Below are positions 35,608-45,555 of a stretch of DNA of 64,000 nt, one piece after another. Each line of letters begins with the position of its first letter. Positions within the stretch are counted from its first letter, which is position 1. Made by a program: the position numbers and the translations under genes. The stretch covers positions 96,001 to 160,000 of IMG/VR virus record IMGVR_UViG_3300022602_000029, one strand, 5' to 3'. Under the pieces are notes generated by a model. It did not search any database. It saw only the letters and a program-made list of their open reading frames with translations, and was not told where the DNA came from. The stretch comes from a virus.

Positions 35608-36396
35608 ATGACCTATTGTTCTTGCCTAGCCTGCGGTTCAGTTTGCTGTAACGCCACTGGCGGGGGTACTTGTGGACCTCAAGGATGTTGTGCTTCCTAC
35701 GCTACAGCCTCATTAAGTTATAGTACAGGTATATGTGGCGCCGGAAGTTGTTCCTACACACCTACTTCTCTATCAGGAGTGATCTGTGGAGCTTGTTTTT
35801 GCCAACTATTGACTAATGTCTGCTGTGAAATGTGTAGAAGGAATCGTAGTGCTCCTAGCGGATGGGGACAGAGTAATCCTATTAATCACTCTGATTTTAA
35901 CAGTTTGGTAAACTATATCAACCAATCTAGTTGTTGGCCTGCCGCTTGCTATCAAAGCTATTGTAATGGTAGTACGACTCCATGTAGTCAATCTAGTGCT
36001 GGAGCTCCATCGGGGGTTCCCGCAAACGCTAACGCAGGAGATGTAATTTATAGTAGCTGTATAAATGCCTTAGTCAGCGCCATAGTTACTGCTGGTAATG
36101 CCTGTACCTGTAACTGCAACTACTGTACATGTAACTGCAACTACTGTACCTGTAACTGTAACTATACATGTACCTGTAACTGTAACTACAGTGATATCAG
36201 ATTGAAAAAGAATATCAAACTATTGAAAACTATTAAGGGTATAAACATCTACAGTTTTAACTATGAATGGGATGACACAGAACAGATAGGAGTGATGGCA
36301 CAAGAATTATTAGAATCAGGACATGACTATGCTGTCACTACAGATTCGAATGGGTTTTATATGGTTGATTACAGCAAACTACCAGTGAAGATGTAA
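35608..36396 (+). CDS. Cys-rich (CTCNCNY)x4 protein fused to Peptidase S74 intramolecular chaperone; candidate radical SAM substrate
   Basis: 33 Cys in first 194 aa; SDIRLKKNI...GVMAQEL S74 signature begins at residue 195. Confidence 0.85.
   Translation: MTYCSCLACGSVCCNATGGGTCGPQGCCASYATASLSYSTGICGAGSCSYTPTSLSGVICGACFCQLLTNVCCEMCRRNRSAPSGWGQSNPINHSDFNSLVNYINQSSCWPAACYQSYCNGSTTPCSQSSAGAPSGVPANANAGDVIYSSCINALVSAIVTAGNACTCNCNYCTCNCNYCTCNCNYTCTCNCNYSDIRLKKNIKLLKTIKGINIYSFNYEWDDTEQIGVMAQELLESGHDYAVTTDSNGFYMVDYSKLPVKM
36103..36189 (+). repeat. four in-frame 21-bp repeats (TGTAC[C/A]TGTAACTG[C/T]AACTA[C/T])
   Basis: Copies at 36103, 36124, 36145, 36169; differences are synonymous. Confidence 0.95.
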
Positions 36397-36405
36397 GGAA
36401 GTAAA

Positions 36406-36804
36406 ATGGATTATAAAGAAGTAGAAGGAATAGATGCTAACACATACGCAGGTAAAGCCGCTCAGGCCTGTAAGGTAAAAGCGAGAGGTATATTGGGAGA
36501 TGATCTTTTAACTTTTAAACTTATTGATTTTGTATCATTTATTATGATAAACAATCGGTTTTTAAATAAAGGGATTATCATAACTGATGAAAACAAAGAA
36601 GAAGGATATATCAAGATTATAGAAACAGGAGATGAATCTCTAATATCCGATCTAGAAAAGTACCTAGATCTTAGGGATAGTATTAAGAGTATAGAAAATT
36701 CTAAGAATGAATACTCTGATATCATCAATAAACTTAAATCATTGCAGGATCATAATGATAGAGATTCAGTCAATGCTATAGTCGAAGAATATCTAAGACG
36801 ATAA
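36406..36804 (+). CDS. small helical accessory protein
   Basis: AAGGAAG RBS; directly follows the Cys-rich gene. Confidence 0.65.
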   Translation: MDYKEVEGIDANTYAGKAAQACKVKARGILGDDLLTFKLIDFVSFIMINNRFLNKGIIITDENKEEGYIKIIETGDESLISDLEKYLDLRDSIKSIENSKNEYSDIINKLKSLQDHNDRDSVNAIVEEYLRR

Positions 36805-36820
36805 GTTATAGGAAAAATCA

Positions 36821-37828
36821 ATGTTAATAATAGTAAATACGATCGATTCAATCAATAGAAATCTTATAGGATTACGACTATTAGAAACATTCAACGACTT
36901 TAAGATAGACAACTTGACTGTGAAGATTGAAGGAATGGCCAGCAGTTTAACTAACTATGTTCTATATAACGAACAAGGATCAATAGTATATCCTACAGAA
37001 CCAGTTGATACAGATGCTTTGGAAAAACTTATATCTTTCCAAAACGATAGACTGTCAATAACTAGATCAGACCTACTAATCAAATTAGATTTTGCTTCTG
37101 TTGAGCATGATTATGGAATATTAAATAATCCTATCATGGAAAATCTAGATCAACCGTTAAACACTTACGAAGCTCAGTTAGATGCTTATCGTAATGATAG
37201 CAATAGTTGCAGAGTGATCGTTGGTATTTTTGGAAAATGGTTCATAGACAAGATGAGACAAGATATAGGAGCCGATAAGGTCAAGGTCCTAAATATTGTC
37301 AGGAATCCATCTGTTTGTTTTGTCTTAAATCAGACTCAAAATAAACAAAACGATCTATTTAAAGAATATAAACATTTAAGAAAATCAATATTAAATGCCG
37401 TAAGTTTATCTAGATTTGATGATATCACCACAGTCAAGTTTGAAGATATGTTATCATCAGGATCGATAATCTTTGATGGTGTTACTATCACATTACCTGA
37501 ATCGTATCAAAACCATAATAATCTGTTGACAGCATACGAATATCATAATCTGATATCTAAAGCTACTGATCAAAATCTAGATCAGTTTAACCAAGAGTAT
37601 TCAAACTACGAATTAGATCATTTTGTAGATATTACCGCAGAAGAAAAAACACAACAGACTCCGCCTCCAATCGGACTTTACGGATTTGTAAAAATTAAAG
37701 ATCATATCACTTTTACAAATCAAAAACTTGGATTAAATATTGCCGAGGAGACATTGACTCCTTTAAGCATGAACATTTTTACATCTCTCGGATATAATCC
37801 GTTATCACTTTCTCAAATATCTAGTTGA
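36821..37828 (+). CDS. possible sulfotransferase-fold protein
   Basis: KVLNIVRNP and VKFEDM resemble sulfotransferase motifs; P-loop not clear. Confidence 0.4.
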   Translation: MLIIVNTIDSINRNLIGLRLLETFNDFKIDNLTVKIEGMASSLTNYVLYNEQGSIVYPTEPVDTDALEKLISFQNDRLSITRSDLLIKLDFASVEHDYGILNNPIMENLDQPLNTYEAQLDAYRNDSNSCRVIVGIFGKWFIDKMRQDIGADKVKVLNIVRNPSVCFVLNQTQNKQNDLFKEYKHLRKSILNAVSLSRFDDITTVKFEDMLSSGSIIFDGVTITLPESYQNHNNLLTAYEYHNLISKATDQNLDQFNQEYSNYELDHFVDITAEEKTQQTPPPIGLYGFVKIKDHITFTNQKLGLNIAEETLTPLSMNIFTSLGYNPLSLSQISS

Positions 37829-38769
37829 GATTTAAAAATATCGAGCAGTACAAAATGTCTAAGATATTTAATCTCAAGCAATATGATCTAGTCTTCACTA
37901 CTTCGTTTTATATCAAACACGGAGTGTCTGGACACATGTATGAGTTGATTGATTATTATTATATTTGTAAAAAGTCTGGAATCAACTGTGCTATCCTTTT
38001 AGCAGACGGCGTTGACAAACAAACATTTTTCAATGCGATCAAATACAAATACAACTTTGACATAGATATCCTAAAGGATACACACCAATGTCATAACCCT
38101 AGAATTATTAGAACTAAGAATATCTGCATCGTAGATGGTTCCTGGAGAGTTAATGACTGTACAATATATGCAGACAACGCATTCTTATTAAGATGCTCAG
38201 AAGACGACTATACTTGGTTTGATACCAGTAAGTCAATTAAGCAAACACATCTTATGCAGGACTTTAAACTGTATCCAGAACGATACCGAGACTTAAACAT
38301 TAAGGTTGTTGATTATGTTAAGAAAATACTTTGGAGCAAATATGTACAGCCCAAACCGACTAATAACGATACCGGTTTGTTTTATCTAACAACTAACTGT
38401 AGAGCAATCCCTGCAGAAGAAGTTAAAGCTATTATGGATAAGGGTATATGTACAAATTATATTATAGTCACTGACCGTCCTAATCTTTACCAACCTCTGT
38501 TGGCTGATAATGTATCTATAGCACAGGCTCCATTACAGAATATATTTGAACATTTTGACACCTACATATATACTAAGACAGAATTACAGTCTGATTGCAG
38601 TCCTAGGTTTATTGTTGAGTGTGCTATGTTTGGTAAAAACGTTGTTTACGAAATTGATTATCTATGCGCAGGTGTAGAACGTAGAAAACAGGACATAGAT
38701 GCAGACTTATCAAGTTTAGAATTAACTACAGATGATTACTTTGTAGAATACGTAAAACAGTTTATATGA
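37825..38769 (+). CDS. GT-B (GT4-like) glycosyltransferase-like protein
   Basis: C-terminal DCSPRFIVECAMFGKNVV; start may be ATG 37855. Confidence 0.5.
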   Translation: MRFKNIEQYKMSKIFNLKQYDLVFTTSFYIKHGVSGHMYELIDYYYICKKSGINCAILLADGVDKQTFFNAIKYKYNFDIDILKDTHQCHNPRIIRTKNICIVDGSWRVNDCTIYADNAFLLRCSEDDYTWFDTSKSIKQTHLMQDFKLYPERYRDLNIKVVDYVKKILWSKYVQPKPTNNDTGLFYLTTNCRAIPAEEVKAIMDKGICTNYIIVTDRPNLYQPLLADNVSIAQAPLQNIFEHFDTYIYTKTELQSDCSPRFIVECAMFGKNVVYEIDYLCAGVERRKQDIDADLSSLELTTDDYFVEYVKQFI

Positions 38770-39818
38770 TACCTATTAGAACAGAGTCCAATCATCTCGC
38801 TGAATTAAGTTCCGCAGGGCTAGAGCTTGATCTTATAACACAACCCTGTGTTCGTGCTAGATTAGATACAGGTACATTTTGTAATTACGACTGTGAGTTT
38901 TGTTACTACAGAGATAAACTAGATGTTAAGACAGAGTTTGATATTGTAAAAGAACGTGCAGACTATTTGCTTGCCTACGGTATCAAACAAGTAGACCTAA
39001 GTGGAGGAGAAAGCTCTGTAAGCCCTGATTGGTTTAAGATACTAGACTATTGTAATGAACGCTTTGAACACGTTAGTTGCCTAAGTCACGGAGGTAGATT
39101 TGCCAATATTGAATTCCTACAGGAGTCAATGGAGCATGGACTAAAAGAAATCTTGTTTAGCCTACACGGAGCAACAGCAGAAACACATGATGCTATTACC
39201 AATCGTAAAGGATCCTTCAAACGTATCCTTCAAGCAATCAAGAATGCACAAGAGCTAGGATGTGTAGTACGAATTAACTGTACTGTCTATCACAAGAACT
39301 ATCATCAACTGGTAAACATCTATGCTGACCTAATTAATGGAATCAAACCTTTAGAAGTTAATTTTATTACATTAAACTATTGGGATGATGTTTACATTGA
39401 TAATGTTACCTACAAAGATATGACTGACAACATTAAAAGTTGTATTGATATCTTAGACAAGGGTATGATCATCAATGTCCGTTATGTGCCTTATTGTTAC
39501 ATGAAAGGCTATGAGAAATATGTGTGTGATCAATATCAACACATATACGATATCTATGATTGGAATAAGGAAATGTATTCTAATGTGATTGATGTTAGTA
39601 AAACCTATACACAGGAACAAAAGATACAGTTTGCCTATGATGCTTGTAAGAAGTTTCGTGCTAGGTTTTATCGTAAACAAGTTGATTGCCTGAAGTGCAA
39701 ACACTTCTATATTTGTGATGGTATTGAAAGAGAAATAGCTGACAAGAATCCTGTGTTTCCAGAAGCAGGAGATAAGATCAAACAGGTTAATTTTTATAGA
39801 GCAGTACATTTCAAATGA
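38766..39818 (+). CDS. radical SAM protein 4
   Basis: CNYDCEFC, LSGGE, FSLHG; C-terminal CLKCKHFYICDG. Confidence 0.93.
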   Translation: MIPIRTESNHLAELSSAGLELDLITQPCVRARLDTGTFCNYDCEFCYYRDKLDVKTEFDIVKERADYLLAYGIKQVDLSGGESSVSPDWFKILDYCNERFEHVSCLSHGGRFANIEFLQESMEHGLKEILFSLHGATAETHDAITNRKGSFKRILQAIKNAQELGCVVRINCTVYHKNYHQLVNIYADLINGIKPLEVNFITLNYWDDVYIDNVTYKDMTDNIKSCIDILDKGMIINVRYVPYCYMKGYEKYVCDQYQHIYDIYDWNKEMYSNVIDVSKTYTQEQKIQFAYDACKKFRARFYRKQVDCLKCKHFYICDGIEREIADKNPVFPEAGDKIKQVNFYRAVHFK

Positions 39819-40426
39819 AACTGTCTATATTAATTCTTACACACAATCGTCCTAAATTATTCAAACGTTGTTTGGAAAGTGTTCTCACACAGATAACTCC
39901 AGAAGTTGAAGTGTTGGTTAATAATGACAGTTGCGATATTGAAGAGATTGTTCATTCGCAGGTACAATATTTTTATAACAAGTTTGATAGCCTATGTGAG
40001 ATATATCAATTCCTACTATCAAAGGCGCAGGGAACCTATGTGTACTATTTAGAAGATGATGATTATCTTGTTACTGATTTTCTAGAACAAACATTAGATG
40101 CAGATTTGATTGTTGGTAATTACTGTCCTAAATATGCAACAGAAGACATGCTGACTTTTATGACTATGTATAACAACAACAGAGTAACATCGGCTGAGTT
40201 TTTATCTAATCTTAATACAGAACATCTGCAACTATCGCAACACATATACAAGCGTGAACATATAGTAGATTTTAATTTTCCAAATGACAGTAACGTACAC
40301 AACGATATTAAACTAACAATACACGCGGCTAACAAAGCAAGGGCTATTAGAACAGTAAACAAAGTGTTTTACTTTCAAACAATAGATGGTGGAGATAATA
40401 TCTCTTTTCCTAAACATGAACTATAG
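39815..40426 (+). CDS. GT2-family glycosyltransferase
   Basis: SILILTHNRP..F.RCLESV, VNND, YYLEDDD. Confidence 0.88.
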   Translation: MKLSILILTHNRPKLFKRCLESVLTQITPEVEVLVNNDSCDIEEIVHSQVQYFYNKFDSLCEIYQFLLSKAQGTYVYYLEDDDYLVTDFLEQTLDADLIVGNYCPKYATEDMLTFMTMYNNNRVTSAEFLSNLNTEHLQLSQHIYKREHIVDFNFPNDSNVHNDIKLTIHAANKARAIRTVNKVFYFQTIDGGDNISFPKHEL

Positions 40427-41318
40427 CAAGCAACATCACATCGACCAAGACCCTGATCATATCAACGTGCATTGGGATGTTCTTACGATCTGTCAGTTAA
40501 AGTGTAGCTATTGTTATGCTCGTAATGAGTATGGAAAGAAGTGGGGTAAGCTGGGCAGTCGTGAAATCGCCGACGGAGTATTAGAAGCACTGAACAGAAG
40601 TAGCTTACCATTTAACCTAGGATTGTTGGGCGGAGAGCCTACACTAAGCCCGCACTATTATTACATCTTAAATCGTATTAGTGAGATGGAAAAGTTTAAT
40701 AAAGTTTATGTTGTAACTAATGGAGAAAAGGACTTTGCTACGCACCCAGACTATGAAAAGATTGCTTTCTTGTTTAGTTATCATCCTGCTGATTGTACAA
40801 ATAGGGATCGGTTTGTTTCTAATGTAAAACTAATGAAGGATCGTGGCTATAAAGTTAAAGTTAACGTAATGTTACATCACGGCAAGCAGTATTGGCCATT
40901 GATCAAAGAAATGTTTGAAATATGCGATGCTATAGGTGTCAAAGCACATCCACACTTTATATATGGTAAAAGTGTACACCAACTGTTTAACTATCGTAAA
41001 GCCTTTTGGGATTACTTTAGTTTCTTAAAAGAAAGAGACAGAGAACTAGTCTATGGCGATGAACTTAAGAACGATTACGAAATCTTTAGCGAACGTCTAA
41101 CAAACTTCGAAGGCTGGAGTTGTTACAACAACAACTATGAGCTAGATGTCTACGGTCAAGTGATTAAGTTCTGCTTAGACAATGAGCGTAAGAGCCTTCT
41201 TGAGAATCCAGACTTCTTTAAAAACATAACCAAGACCGTACCTATGACATGCCCTCACAAGGCCTGCAACTGTGATGGCTTACTCAAACAACTTAAGGTG
41301 AATCCAAATGCAAGTTGA
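40416..41318 (+). CDS. radical SAM protein 5
   Basis: CQLKCSYC, LLGGEPT, VTNG; C-terminal CPHKACNC. Confidence 0.92.
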   Translation: MNYSKQHHIDQDPDHINVHWDVLTICQLKCSYCYARNEYGKKWGKLGSREIADGVLEALNRSSLPFNLGLLGGEPTLSPHYYYILNRISEMEKFNKVYVVTNGEKDFATHPDYEKIAFLFSYHPADCTNRDRFVSNVKLMKDRGYKVKVNVMLHHGKQYWPLIKEMFEICDAIGVKAHPHFIYGKSVHQLFNYRKAFWDYFSFLKERDRELVYGDELKNDYEIFSERLTNFEGWSCYNNNYELDVYGQVIKFCLDNERKSLLENPDFFKNITKTVPMTCPHKACNCDGLLKQLKVNPNAS

Positions 41319-42054
41319 ATGGGAAGTCACAATGAAGTGTAACTACAACTGTTACTATTGCTCTAACCTAGACAAGAGCATACACCATATCACTGATCAC
41401 GAAGTCCTGCGCAACTTTATCAAAATTTTGGGAGAAACTTATCCAGGTGTGGAGATATTCCTGTTTGGAGGAGAGCCATTTGTGCATCCTGAAATAGGTT
41501 TCATCATTAAATGCTTTAACGAATTTAATATTCCATTTGTAATACAAACTAATCTAAGCAAATACAGTATTGAAGTTATGAAAACTATCGATTCTCCTTA
41601 TATACTACAGGCTAGCATACATCCTACAGAAATATCACACCAAGACCTCGAAGACATCCTTAAAGAAAATATCGTATGTAGAGTTGTTGATGTAATGTTC
41701 AGTGGCAAGGAAGCCTTGTGGTACTATTTTAAAGTAAAAGAAAGCACAACTGGTAAAGTATATCTTACTCCAGTTACAGATTTTGGAGATGGCCGCAGTG
41801 ATACCGCTTTACAGGAATACTTGAGTTTAAAAAATGATCCTAACTATAATAAGATAATAAAATTTGAGGAAATAGAAAGGCTAGGCAAGCCTAGATCAGA
41901 ACTGTGGGCTACAATATCCTTTAGTCCTAAAGGAAAGCCCTGTCTATACAAAGACAAATACTTTCTGTACAGTCCACAACTAGAGATGTACAACTGTTGC
42001 TATAGAATTAAAACGGACGGCATCTGCCCAAAAAGCAAATGCTTCTTAATGTAA
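41308..42054 (+). CDS. radical SAM protein 6
   Basis: CNYNCYYC, LFGGEP, QTN; C-terminal CC......CP...C. Confidence 0.92.
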   Translation: MQVEWEVTMKCNYNCYYCSNLDKSIHHITDHEVLRNFIKILGETYPGVEIFLFGGEPFVHPEIGFIIKCFNEFNIPFVIQTNLSKYSIEVMKTIDSPYILQASIHPTEISHQDLEDILKENIVCRVVDVMFSGKEALWYYFKVKESTTGKVYLTPVTDFGDGRSDTALQEYLSLKNDPNYNKIIKFEEIERLGKPRSELWATISFSPKGKPCLYKDKYFLYSPQLEMYNCCYRIKTDGICPKSKCFLM

Positions 42055-42494
42055 TGTTTAAGAATATATTTGACGGATACTCGGAAGCAATATCAAATGG
42101 CGCAGAAACTACGCTAGCATTCATATTGGATAACAAAAGAGCTATTGTTAATGAAGTAGGGTTTTTTGGATTTAAACAGTTTACCTTAAACTATCGTATA
42201 TATTTTGATAACAAACGCAAAGACAGAATAATAAAAGACCTACACAAATATGTGTTAAGTAAAGAAGAGGAACATAAGAGCGACCTAGCAATAGGACATA
42301 ATGCTATTACCAAACTACACTTGCCAAGAGAGTTAGAAATACAGATTGTTGAATTTATGTTTGATCGTATGAAAGACACATATCTGGTAAAGTATAAACA
42401 TCTTGAAAATTTACCTAACTCATTTGTTGTTAAAAAGCATTTAGTAATAGATTATGTCTACACAAAGATTCTAAGAAAGAAGGAGATAAGATGA
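42039..42494 (+). CDS. hypothetical protein
   Basis: ORF track; overlaps both neighbours. Confidence 0.6.
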   Translation: MLLNVMFKNIFDGYSEAISNGAETTLAFILDNKRAIVNEVGFFGFKQFTLNYRIYFDNKRKDRIIKDLHKYVLSKEEEHKSDLAIGHNAITKLHLPRELEIQIVEFMFDRMKDTYLVKYKHLENLPNSFVVKKHLVIDYVYTKILRKKEIR

Positions 42495-43303
42495 GATACT
42501 TAATTGCCGGAGCATTTAGCAAGTCAATTCCTATAATCAAGTTCCTTGGACAGCGTATTGTAGACAGCACACAGTTAGTTGTCTATGACGGAATCAATAA
42601 ATGTCGTTGGAATGGAGGACGCATTAATAGAGATGTTTATTACAAAGACTCTCTTATCGACTATTATTACAGTAAAGGTATTAGTATCGCATTAACATTT
42701 AGTAATCATAAGATTAACATTGATGATCCTTTAGGTAATGAGTTATTGAAAAAGTTTCATAGGAAAGGCAATGCGCTTATTATCATCAATGATGATCTGC
42801 GTAGACATGTGCGTGAGAACTTTCCTAAGTACGATTTAATCTACAGCATTACAGGTATGGGCTTACTCAATATTCCATTGCAGGATGAAGATATTGCTTT
42901 TTATAAACAACTTGAACAAGATTATGACTGGATAGTTCCTCGATTTGAGCATATATTTGATCCTCGATCCTCTGAGCTTGACAAAACCAAATGGGAAGTT
43001 ATGTTAAACGATACATGTGTTTATGGGTGTAAACATTGGGACGAACATTTTAAGGCTATCGCAGATGAAAACACTGCTGGCCGTCCTTACAGCAAAGAAG
43101 TAGAAGAGTGTTGGTTACCAAAGTTTGATTTTAACAAAGACAGCAAATATGAATGCATGGATATCAAACCAGAGGCCATGCGCAAGTTACTAGAATCTGG
43201 AGTCAAAAGTTTCAAGATTACAGGTAGGGAAATGACTGATGAGGAATACTATGGTGAGTTGACTAGATTTGTAGATCGAAGCTTGACGGCACTAAAGGAA
43301 TAA
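42491..43303 (+). CDS. U32 peptidase-like [4Fe-4S] protein (UbiU/UbiV/RlhA superfamily) 1
   Basis: LNDTCVYGC...H, later C, and SFKITGRE. Confidence 0.65.
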   Translation: MRYLIAGAFSKSIPIIKFLGQRIVDSTQLVVYDGINKCRWNGGRINRDVYYKDSLIDYYYSKGISIALTFSNHKINIDDPLGNELLKKFHRKGNALIIINDDLRRHVRENFPKYDLIYSITGMGLLNIPLQDEDIAFYKQLEQDYDWIVPRFEHIFDPRSSELDKTKWEVMLNDTCVYGCKHWDEHFKAIADENTAGRPYSKEVEECWLPKFDFNKDSKYECMDIKPEAMRKLLESGVKSFKITGREMTDEEYYGELTRFVDRSLTALKE

Positions 43304-43316
43304 GATATAATAACAT

Positions 43317-44390
43317 ATGGCAGACTGGAAAAAACTAAAGATAGTTAGAGATAAAGAGGACATGCAGGTCGGGCAGATTAGACCGATGCGTTCTTATAAC
43401 GTGCTCAGCGAAATAGAACAGGGCGGTATTGACTATGACTATATGGTTACTTTCCGTATCACAGAAGCTTGCGATCTAAAGTGTAACTACTGCCATTGGC
43501 ATAGCGGAGCACATTACAAATATGAAGACATCATAACCACTATTGATAGATTATTTGATTTTTTTATCAAACAAGATTTTAAATCTGTACTATTTTATTA
43601 TCATGGCGGAGAACCTACTCGACATCCTAGATGCCTAGATATCCTAAAATATATACACCAAAAAGGTATAGACAAAGGAATAGATGCCTATAACGAGATG
43701 CAGACCAATCTTACCATTAAAGAAGATAAACTTCGTGCTATGCTCCCTTATTGCGATCAGTTTAATGCCAGTTTTCATTATTTAGAATTAAAAAGATTAA
43801 ACAAACTTAAAGACTTTGACCACAACTGGGAAGTTATTAAGCAGTTAGAAATACCTATCCATAATATGGATATAATGATGGAGAATGTTGAACGAGGGGA
43901 TAGATGGTATCAAGGTAAGACTGTAGAGGTCATACCTGAAGAGTTTTATAATAAAGTAGTCGATTATCTTAAGTATGACAAGATCCAAAACTGCGAGATG
44001 ATCTATGGATTTTGCCATTATGTTTATCCGGAAGATGTAGCCGAAAAGCATATGGCATTTTATAAACAGCATAACAAAACAGAACAACGATACGAGATAG
44101 ATGATATTATATATACCACCAACGACCTATTCAAACTAGGTATAGATGCACGCGGATGGAAATGTGCGGCAGGTCAGGAATCTATCACTATCAATGGAGA
44201 TGGTAATGTTTTCCATTGCGGAATACATATGACAAATTTTATACGTGATAGCCAGCCCGAGACTCCTTATACCAATCTAGTTAATGACAAACTCGCGATC
44301 ACCAAACTATCAGTGCTGTATAAAACAGGTACTATCTGTCGCTGGGATTATTGTGGCGGAGATTTCTATCTCAGTAGGGGCCCAAAATGA
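43317..44390 (+). CDS. radical SAM protein 7 (twitch-like tail)
   Basis: CDLKCNYC, HGGEPT, QTN; CAAG...GNVFHC...CRWDYC. Confidence 0.92.
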   Translation: MADWKKLKIVRDKEDMQVGQIRPMRSYNVLSEIEQGGIDYDYMVTFRITEACDLKCNYCHWHSGAHYKYEDIITTIDRLFDFFIKQDFKSVLFYYHGGEPTRHPRCLDILKYIHQKGIDKGIDAYNEMQTNLTIKEDKLRAMLPYCDQFNASFHYLELKRLNKLKDFDHNWEVIKQLEIPIHNMDIMMENVERGDRWYQGKTVEVIPEEFYNKVVDYLKYDKIQNCEMIYGFCHYVYPEDVAEKHMAFYKQHNKTEQRYEIDDIIYTTNDLFKLGIDARGWKCAAGQESITINGDGNVFHCGIHMTNFIRDSQPETPYTNLVNDKLAITKLSVLYKTGTICRWDYCGGDFYLSRGPK

Positions 44391-44980
44391 AAACCATATC
44401 ATTATTTCCTATAGATGTTTATACTAAGAAAATAGATGTCGACTGGAACCAATCTCAGATATTAGAAAGACTAGACAGGTATTTTCTAGATCAAAAACAT
44501 AACGGAGTAGTGGATAATGATCTACATAAGGAAGTTTTGTTCAAACCCCTAGTAGAATTTATGGATGTGGCTGTTGCTGAATATTGGAAAATATTAGACT
44601 ACGATACTGGATATCCAGTATCGATAAGTCAGCTTTGGGCGAATAGATATGACCAGGGCGATCTCTATCCTCATAATCTGGACAATGATAGTCCTGCTAT
44701 CGTAACCTGCGTATTCTATGTTAGCAAGGATTCTGCAGAACAAGGCAATCTGTTTTTCGGAGACCCTAACCATTTATTGATTAAGACACAACCGCTCAGT
44801 ACTAATCGTAGGTACCAGAGCCAACCGGAGTTCGATGGAAGGACTGGGGACCTAATCTGTTTCCCGAGCTGGCTACAGCATGGCATAAAACCTAATCACA
44901 CTGATATCCCTAGACTGTCTATAGCGGCTAACTATGAGCTTAAAGGTTTGAATACGATTAAAAAGGCTATGACCAAATGA
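44387..44980 (+). CDS. 2OG-Fe(II) oxygenase (TIGR02466-like)
   Basis: WAN.Y...PH, VFYV, GDLICFPSWLQHG, RLSIAAN. Confidence 0.85.
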   Translation: MKTISLFPIDVYTKKIDVDWNQSQILERLDRYFLDQKHNGVVDNDLHKEVLFKPLVEFMDVAVAEYWKILDYDTGYPVSISQLWANRYDQGDLYPHNLDNDSPAIVTCVFYVSKDSAEQGNLFFGDPNHLLIKTQPLSTNRRYQSQPEFDGRTGDLICFPSWLQHGIKPNHTDIPRLSIAANYELKGLNTIKKAMTK

Positions 44981-45555
44981 AAGTAAAACTAACAGGATGG
45001 AATGGATTCCTTTCGACCAAACTGAGAGAAAACAATAGCATAGAATGGGTAGACGATGGTCTATGTGATATACTCTTTCTCATGGGAGGACCTACATTCA
45101 CAGAGAGCGAGTTAGGACAACATGATGCACAGGTAATGCATCAATACGTACGAGAGACGATAAAGATCATAGATAGATTTCCAGGGCATATTATTTTTGC
45201 TAGTTCAACAGGAGTAGATGATATTAGATTGGATCACAAAGGATCTACCTGTTATAATCTAGCTAAACTGTATTTAGAAAACTATCTTATTAATAACACC
45301 GATCGATATACTATCTTGAGGATAGGAACTATTATATCAAACTCTCTCGATGATATAGCTAAGATGAAATCTGACCGGATCCAACCGCAGATACAGAATG
45401 GTATATTTCCGTCTGAATGGGAAGATTACTATTTGGACATCGATCAGTTTGTAAATACAACTATAGATGTTATCCTTGGCGAGACTTATGGTATTGTAGA
45501 ATATCCCTTGATTAAACTAACGACAGCACAACTAACTAAAATGAGCAAAAAATGA
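44977..45555 (+). CDS. NAD-dependent epimerase-like (short extended SDR)
   Basis: LTGWNGFL, FASS, YNLAK, LRIG. Confidence 0.75.
   Translation: MKVKLTGWNGFLSTKLRENNSIEWVDDGLCDILFLMGGPTFTESELGQHDAQVMHQYVRETIKIIDRFPGHIIFASSTGVDDIRLDHKGSTCYNLAKLYLENYLINNTDRYTILRIGTIISNSLDDIAKMKSDRIQPQIQNGIFPSEWEDYYLDIDQFVNTTIDVILGETYGIVEYPLIKLTTAQLTKMSKK

Noticed and set aside
36103-36189. 21-bp repeats as a CRISPR array
   Set aside because: No spacers, in-frame coding repeats with synonymous variation, no cas genes
38766-39818. His-Xaa-Ser system maturase assignment for radical SAM 4
   Set aside because: No His-x-Ser repeat peptide or companion genes recognised nearby
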